From: Patescibacteria group bacterium
Lineage (GTDB): Bacteria; Patescibacteriota; CPR2; UBA1875; CAIMLA01
Assembly (NCBI GenBank): GCA_041738615.1
Contig: JBGSPL010000001.1
Location: forward strand, 226,164 to 290,163
DNA: 64,000 bases
Reading direction: 5' to 3'
Shown here: piece after piece, positions 58,493 through 64,000 of the stretch
Layout of the letters: every line of letters begins with the position of its first letter
Position numbering within the stretch: the stretch's first letter is position 1
The notes under the pieces: model-generated
The model's database searches: none
The model's input: only the letters and a program-made list of their open reading frames with translations
What the model was told of the DNA's origin: nothing
Position numbers and translations under genes: made by a program

Positions 58493-59238
58493 AAGAAATT
58501 CCTAATCTCGGCTACCACATCGGCGGGATTTTCTTGGTGCACAAAGTGTGTAGCCCCTGGTATGACAATAAATCGCGAGCCTACTATCAATCCTGACAAT
58601 TTCTCGCCATCTTCTTTGGGAGTCGAGGTATCGTTCTCCCCCCAGATTAACAAGGTTGGAACCTTAATCTTTGCGGCGTACTCTCGCAAGTCCTCCTTGA
58701 TTGTCAGGAGAAAATTTTCTCTAAGTGCACCCGTATCTAGGTAGTCACTACCGATAGCCTTATAAAAACGCTTTTTGATAGTATTCCTATAGAATAAAAA
58801 TGGCGGCATAAAAGTAAGCAGTCCAAAGATCTTCGCGGCTGTTGCAACCGAAAGATTTCGCAACGATTTGCCCTTTGCTATTCCTGCAGAACCGATAAGT
58901 ATCAGCTTTGCCGTCTTGAACTTGCCCGTCGAAATACCCTTGATTGCCACCCTGCCGCCAAATGAGTGCCCAAGTATCGCGTATGGATCAAGGCCTAGTT
59001 TATCGATAAAATGATTTACAAAACTTACGTATTCCGAAATCCCCCAAGTCTCTTGTGGTTTCTCAGTTCCACTAAACCCTGGCATATCTAGGCGCACTAC
59101 ACGGTACTTTCCTGCGAGTTCAGCGGCTATTGAATCGAAGGTATGAAGATTGTCCATCCAACCATGAAGCAACAGGACGACTTTCCCCTTGCCTTCGTCT
59201 AAGTATTCTGTAGCGAGTTTATCGACAATTATCTTCAT
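58486..59238 (-). CDS. Alpha/beta hydrolase
   Basis: LLHGW, GHSFGG, WGEND, catalytic His (ATHF). Confidence 0.9.
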   Translation of the reverse strand: MKIIVDKLATEYLDEGKGKVVLLLHGWMDNLHTFDSIAAELAGKYRVVRLDMPGFSGTEKPQETWGISEYVSFVNHFIDKLGLDPYAILGHSFGGRVAIKGISTGKFKTAKLILIGSAGIAKGKSLRNLSVATAAKIFGLLTFMPPFLFYRNTIKKRFYKAIGSDYLDTGALRENFLLTIKEDLREYAAKIKVPTLLIWGENDTSTPKEDGEKLSGLIVGSRFIVIPGATHFVHQENPADVVAEIRNFLC

Positions 59239-59368
59239 ATTTCCAACTAATTATAGCATAAGGCCATAGATAGAGACATTCTTTACTTTTGCCCTTGGGA
59301 GTGGTATAAATTTATGCATCGACAAGATTCGATGCGCATGTGTGCGCAAGAGGGGTAGGGGATGTCGT

Positions 59369-59593
59369 ATGGCGCGAAGGGCATGCACTTGCACTACAGG
59401 GGAGGCCTGTGACGTGTGCGACCCGCACGGTTCGATCCGGAGGGAGATTCGCGAACGCAAGGTTCGCATCGCCGACATGCTGGCTGGTTTCTACGGAACC
59501 GACACTCATGAGGTGATTCAGGCTTTCGGTCATCAGCACAGCATCTTCCACGACGAGTCCGCCGTAACCCAGATGGTCACCGCCGGAAACTAG
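59369..59593 (+). CDS. Small Cys-rich protein
   Basis: MARRACTCTTGEACDVCD..., first of three coupled small ORFs. Confidence 0.55.
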   Translation: MARRACTCTTGEACDVCDPHGSIRREIRERKVRIADMLAGFYGTDTHEVIQAFGHQHSIFHDESAVTQMVTAGN

Positions 59594-59604
59594 GGAGGTC
59601 GGCT

Positions 59605-59769
59605 ATGTGCCAGCTCGGTATGTGCCTACCCCTTCTTGGGGTCTATGACGTCACAAAGGACGGGGACCGCGAACCGCAGGCTCAGATCGACGAAAGCGGA
59701 GAGTGGGCCACCCAAGCAGCTCCCACAACCGCAGACGACATGGAAGTCGACCTCGGCGACGAAGAATGA
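59605..59769 (+). CDS. Small acidic protein (54 aa)
   Basis: Manual translation MCQLGMCLPLLGVYDV...DLGDEE, SD GGAGGT. Confidence 0.55.
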   Translation: MCQLGMCLPLLGVYDVTKDGDREPQAQIDESGEWATQAAPTTADDMEVDLGDEE

Positions 59770-59781
59770 GGTGATACTTCC

Positions 59782-59970
59782 ATGGCAAGGAAGAAGAAAC
59801 ACCACCTGCTCGTAACGCCGACGAAGGCTGTCTGCAGCTGTTGCGGCTCCCGACTCACTCGGCACTCAAGAGAGTGTCCCAAGTGCGGTCCGCTCCGCGG
59901 ATGGCGCTGGGCCGGCAAGAGCGATCCTCCGAAGATCGGAAATCCACTGCATTTCCTTGGCCGGGCGTAA
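59782..59970 (+). CDS. Small basic zinc-ribbon protein
   Basis: CSCCG...CPKCG, SD GAGGTG, terminator at 60007-60037. Confidence 0.6.
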   Translation: MARKKKHHLLVTPTKAVCSCCGSRLTRHSRECPKCGPLRGWRWAGKSDPPKIGNPLHFLGRA

Positions 59971-60144
59971 CCTTTCGCCAGTCCAAGAAGACAAGTCACA
60001 CATGCGAAGGCCGCGACCCGTTAGGGTTCGCGGCCTTCCGCTTTTATCAATTATGTATCGTTTATCAATATTATGAATGGGGCCGCAAGCGCGCCCCCAT
60101 CCTTGATGGTTATGCGCTTGCGGCCAGGAGTCGTACTGTGGCTG

Positions 60145-60585
60145 CTAGGGGTGAGATGAATTGACGATATCAACCACCTCCGAAGCTCCCCACAGCAGCA
60201 ATTCCTGAAATGCGGGGTCCATGATGCCAATCGATTGCCAGTACTTCACGATATCGAGATACTCGCCGAAGTAGTCCAGGATGAGTCGATGAAACTCATC
60301 CAAAAGCCCAGCCACTTCCATGCCATGATCCAATACGGCCTCGCCGTTTAGGATATGGCACATAGTGACTGCCGCCTGCCGAGAATCCAAACCGCTAGGT
60401 AGCGGCATGCGTAACGGCACCGGATGCTGCTTGATGACGGCCCATTTGCCTTCGCTGACCTCTTGGGGAACATACTGAGCGTCGGCGTTGCCCGTCTCTA
60501 TCAGGCTGCGAAGCTTCTTCGCAAACCTCTCTAGCTCGATCCTCCTGAAGAGTTCTCTTTCTTCGCCAGCCACATCTAACACCAC
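60145..60585 (-). CDS. Hypothetical protein
   Basis: 146-aa ORF, start uncertain. Confidence 0.5.
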   Translation of the reverse strand: MVLDVAGEERELFRRIELERFAKKLRSLIETGNADAQYVPQEVSEGKWAVIKQHPVPLRMPLPSGLDSRQAAVTMCHILNGEAVLDHGMEVAGLLDEFHRLILDYFGEYLDIVKYWQSIGIMDPAFQELLLWGASEVVDIVNSSHP

Positions 60586-60679
60586 CTATCAATGTACGGG
60601 CCACCGCAGTGGCGTGTCTCCTAGCTGGCATCCTACCCTCAAACGAAACATCTGTCAACCCTAATGGGTAACTTTTAGG

Positions 60680-60796
60680 CTAGACCACTTCGTCCTTTGT
60701 TTTACGGTGTAGTTCCACTTCCTCGTAGTCCTTTTCCATATATATAGCCAATATAGTTGTAAGAATAATCCCAATTCCAATGTATAAAATATCCAT
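60680..60796 (-). CDS. 38-aa single-TM microprotein
   Basis: MDILYIGIGIILTTILAIYMEKDYEE..., SD GAGGTG. Confidence 0.5.
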   Translation of the reverse strand: MDILYIGIGIILTTILAIYMEKDYEEVELHRKTKDEVV

Positions 60797-60915
60797 GTGC
60801 ACCTCGATTATCAAAATAATCCAATTTGGTCATATAGTGGGCAATAGCGACAATAATTACCTCATCGCCGCTATGCCCTATACTTGATTTCCGTCGTTTT
60901 CTTTCTCTTGCGCTT

Positions 60916-61080
60916 TTAGTATTCTTGCTGAACCGAGCGGATAACGTTACTCATAAGTCGGCTACATGCCTCCAGCTCCCCGGCTACATGAAAGTGACGA
61001 TGATCATCCATTATATTTTTTGCGTCCAAGATATCAAGCTGCGCCTGATCAAGTATTTCAATTAGTCTATTTTTACTCAT
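60916..61080 (-). CDS. 54-aa helical microprotein, paralog of 61092-61262
   Basis: MSKNRLIEILDQAQLDILDAKNIM...AGELEA, SD GGGGG. Confidence 0.55.
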   Translation of the reverse strand: MSKNRLIEILDQAQLDILDAKNIMDDHRHFHVAGELEACSRLMSNVIRSVQQEY

Positions 61081-61091
61081 AGTATTCCCCC

Positions 61092-61262
61092 TTAATATAC
61101 GCTGTTTTGTGTCTCTTCGCGGATATATCCGATAATCATATTTATCGCGGTTATCTCGCCACTCAGTTCCTGGAGCTGCTTTTCCCTTAGGACCTCACCG
61201 GCTCCTGCCAGGTTTATCCCGGCTTGGCAAAGATGTTGGATTGCCTTGTCTTTACTACTCAT
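61092..61262 (-). CDS. 56-aa helical microprotein
   Basis: MSSKDKAIQHLCQAGINL...SGEITA, same GGGGGAATAC leader. Confidence 0.55.
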   Translation of the reverse strand: MSSKDKAIQHLCQAGINLAGAGEVLREKQLQELSGEITAINMIIGYIREETQNSVY

Positions 61263-61774
61263 GGTATTCCCCCTAATCTTCTTAATGTATTTCACTTGTC
61301 CAGTCGACCATGGACTCTATAGTAATCTTATTTTGGGGGTCGTAAATAGCACCCTATGTTGGACTATAGGTGTCGCTCAAAATATGGGAATGAAGAACTT
61401 CTGAATCCTCGTGATTACGCTGCGGGTTTCGGGTGTGTGGCTTCCTTTTGTAGGTTCTAGTTGGTCTATCATCGTACCAAAGATAGAACATACTTGTCAA
61501 TAGCTGAAAGCTGTGGAAATCAAATATTTGCAATCTTTAACCTTTGCGGCAGCAAAAGAATTTTAACTATTTTTGGATTACTGCAACACGGTAATTTTGG
61601 AACCAGAATGCAGCCCGGGATAAAGCCTTCCATTAACTAAAATTATGCAGCAATCTTATGCGTAGACCTTGGAATAACAATACAACAAAAAGAAGCATTA
61701 CTGCTTCGCCACATTTTCTCTTCCTTTATTGAGGTTGCCCGGCCCCTTGGGGCCGGGCAGGTTGTAGGTACATG

Positions 61775-62281
61775 TCACTTGCGTTTGGGAAGCAGTTTGA
61801 GTGGGTTCTTGGTGTGCCAGTTCACCCACATTTTCGGCCCAATCCCAAAGTGGAGATGGACCGTCTTGGTTAGCCCGGTTTTGCCCATCTTACCGAGCAT
61901 TTTCCCTTGCTTGACTCTCTGCCCCTTCTTCACGCTCACCTTGGAGAGGTGGGCATAGATGGAATAGAGACCGTTCTTGTGCCGGATGACAACGTAGTTG
62001 CCATAGCCTCCACCCTCGTTCGAGGCGCTGTGCCGAGCCTTGCGGTTTACGGCAACCACTTTGCCCCCACGAGCGGCGTAGATCTTGGTGCCTTTCTTGT
62101 TGGCGATGTCGATGCCGTTGTGGCGCCGCCACTCACCCGTGACAGGCTGGTGGCGCATCCCCGGCTTGGATATGACCTTGCCCTGTGCGGGCCACTCCCA
62201 AATGGAGGCTGAAGCCACCGATGGTAAAGCCATGATGCCAAGCAGAAACACGGTAAATACGTAACGTTTCACGCTTTCCAC
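61775..62281 (-). CDS. M23 family metallopeptidase, secreted
   Basis: Signal peptide, HNGIDIA, GGYGNYVVIRH, YAHL, HLHF. Confidence 0.92.
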   Translation of the reverse strand: MESVKRYVFTVFLLGIMALPSVASASIWEWPAQGKVISKPGMRHQPVTGEWRRHNGIDIANKKGTKIYAARGGKVVAVNRKARHSASNEGGGYGNYVVIRHKNGLYSIYAHLSKVSVKKGQRVKQGKMLGKMGKTGLTKTVHLHFGIGPKMWVNWHTKNPLKLLPKRK

Positions 62282-62514
62282 CTTCTCCTAAGAGAGTCGA
62301 TGCAGACAGGTACATGAATCAACCAAAATATGGTCGACTTGTTACAATACACTATATATGCCCATGTGTCAAGGGTTGAGTGTCGATCCAGCTTGGGCGC
62401 AATGCAATGAGGCACTTAGCCGCGTACTGGATTGTCTTTAAAAAGAATTAATTAGTTGGTGAAGCATTGCCTGTGTAGCGCCGTAGATTGGAGTCTTCTA
62501 AGGTGTTAATCGGG

Positions 62515-63306
62515 CTATTCGAAGTCCCCTTCAAACACATGCGTCTCGGGTTTATTATCTAGACCCTGGGCAGATGTTTCCTCGGTTATTACTACCCTTT
62601 TATAATCACGACTGTCTTTAGCTGATTCGTAAGTCAAGGTATAGGTGTCTGAATTTTTCGTCATTTTACCAGTCGAGAAGAATGAGAATCCCTTGACTAG
62701 CCAGCCCTCAAAAAATTTACCCGTAGCGGGGTCAGGACTTTTTAATATCACGGTGTGTAGGAATTTTCCATCCAGATAGCTCCTGGTTGCAGAAGCCGTC
62801 CCCGTGTAGCTGTTTACTGCCTTAAGGTTGATTTCGATAGGGTATCCAGAAGTTAGCCAAGGACCATAATTACCCTCAAGCCTATAAACATTAGGGATTC
62901 CAGCATCTATCAATTTCTGAGCACCAGGGATAGAGGCGCTGTCGACGTGACAATAAACAAGATAGGTCTTTTGCTTGTCCAAGGTAGTAACTGCCTTGTC
63001 CAGTGATCCGTCCCCCACATAGTAATTAACCGCGCCGGGAAGATGACCTTTATCAAACCTTGGCGAAACATCAACGATAACTAACTCGGGGTTTTCTTGG
63101 ATTAATTTATAGGCATCCGCCGGTCCAACGTCTTTGTACTTATTGTCTTGGGCTGGTTCTGCCGTAACAACCTCATCTTCGGTTTTTGTTTGTATTTGAT
63201 TACTACTAACGTACCAATAGGCCAAACCAGCTATAAGAACAGCAAATATAGCTATTGCTACAATTATAATAGTTTTCTTGTGATTTTTATTGTTTGCGTC
63301 TCTCAT
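62515..63306 (-). CDS. Membrane-anchored rhodanese-domain protein
   Basis: IVDV...GHLPGAVN, LVYC, LEG...W...GYP. Start set at the ATG at 63306 (SD GGAG). Confidence 0.82.
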   Translation of the reverse strand: MRDANNKNHKKTIIIVAIAIFAVLIAGLAYWYVSSNQIQTKTEDEVVTAEPAQDNKYKDVGPADAYKLIQENPELVIVDVSPRFDKGHLPGAVNYYVGDGSLDKAVTTLDKQKTYLVYCHVDSASIPGAQKLIDAGIPNVYRLEGNYGPWLTSGYPIEINLKAVNSYTGTASATRSYLDGKFLHTVILKSPDPATGKFFEGWLVKGFSFFSTGKMTKNSDTYTLTYESAKDSRDYKRVVITEETSAQGLDNKPETHVFEGDFE

Positions 63307-63436
63307 AAAAATCTCCTTCTGTTTTCTATAGTATACCTCATGCCCATAGCTAGGGGCAAAACCCAAAGTATGTTAGTCGGATCCGACCCCCCTGAGTTTA
63401 CGTATCAAAAAAGCCACCAGATGGTGACTTGCTTGA

Positions 63437-63459
63437 TGGTGGACCCGACAGGACTCGAA
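63437..63459 (-). repeat. 23-bp duplication of the tRNA-Ala 3' end (att-like)
   Basis: TGGTGGACCCGACAGGACTCGAA, identical to 63612-63634. Confidence 0.88.
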
Positions 63460-63611
63460 GGGCGCCGTGCCCTATTTGCTGAAATCCTTAAGTCAGTTTT
63501 GTCGGAAAACCAATGCGATACCCATACCAATACTTAGTAGATACGCTTACTTCGCAGATTCTCTCCGCCGAGACAAAAAAAATATCCCAGTCAAAAGACT
63601 AAGATATTTTT

Positions 63612-63687
63612 TGGTGGACCCGACAGGACTCGAACCTGCCACCTCCTCAGTGCAAATGAGGCGCTCTACCAGATGAGCTACGGGCCC
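63612..63687 (-). tRNA. tRNA-Ala (TGC)
   Basis: GGGCCCGTAGCTCATCTGGTAGAGCGCCTCATTTGCACTGAGG...TTCGAGTCCTGTCGGGTCCACCA. G3:U70, encoded CCA. Confidence 0.97.
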
Positions 63688-63697
63688 ATGAATGTGT

Positions 63698-63955
63698 TTA
63701 CTCGACTAGTATGGAACCTGCCGGATTAACTATGGCGTAATATATCCAATCCCCAAATCCGAACATTACTAGCAAGGAAACAATAAAGATAATGACTCCA
63801 ACAAAGCGGACAAAAGTATATGTACCTGCGCCACCCATATAGCGCTCTGCGAAACCTATCGGTCCGGTAATCTGCTCTACGATGTACCTGGTATAGATAA
63901 TAATAACTATCCCAGACGGTACGCCGATGAGACCAAAGATTATTTTTCCGAACAT
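63698..63955 (-). CDS. Small membrane protein
   Basis: MFGKIIFG..., G.IGFAERYMGGAGTY, two TM helices, SD GAGG. Confidence 0.7.
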   Translation of the reverse strand: MFGKIIFGLIGVPSGIVIIIYTRYIVEQITGPIGFAERYMGGAGTYTFVRFVGVIIFIVSLLVMFGFGDWIYYAIVNPAGSILVE

Positions 63956-64000
63956 ATACCCTCTCTTTCCCTCGAGTAACAAATAGTGACTAGGCACTAG

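Overview
Gene-dense bacterial chromosome segment. It is most consistent with a Patescibacteria/CPR genome (inference from the compact housekeeping genes, a 23S-5S unit with no linked 16S, a large 23S insertion, and a sortase plus LPxTG protein). Bases 1-34 kb are mostly core genes: ileS, rlmD-like, glmS, pspC/liaF-like, a class III RNR operon, ftsAZ, map, adk, ybeY, rpsU, hisS, recJ, secDF, priA-def-fmt, nrnA-rbfA-infB-rpsA and a U32 peptidase. Bases 38.8-42.1 kb hold 23S and 5S rRNA on the minus strand. Bases 42.5-63.4 kb are a mosaic accessory region: an ECF sigma cluster, lone purC, fabK-like/plsY, ddl-murF, microproteins and an M23 peptidase, ending at tRNA-Ala. The most notable signals are RNA-level. 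(1) A promoter / leader-peptide / antiterminator / terminator module directly upstream of the 23S rRNA gene suggests ribosome-sensed attenuation of rRNA synthesis. (2) A second leader-peptide attenuator precedes an MFS gene. (3) An unassigned ~280-nt structured transcript has its own promoter, boxA-like leader and terminator. (4) An Actinobacteria-type ultrashort T-box precedes ileS. Also notable are a class III RNR whose glycyl-radical domain is a separate 52-aa protein, and a CTG-initiated rpsU. All calls come from reading the sequence by eye; no searches or folding were run.
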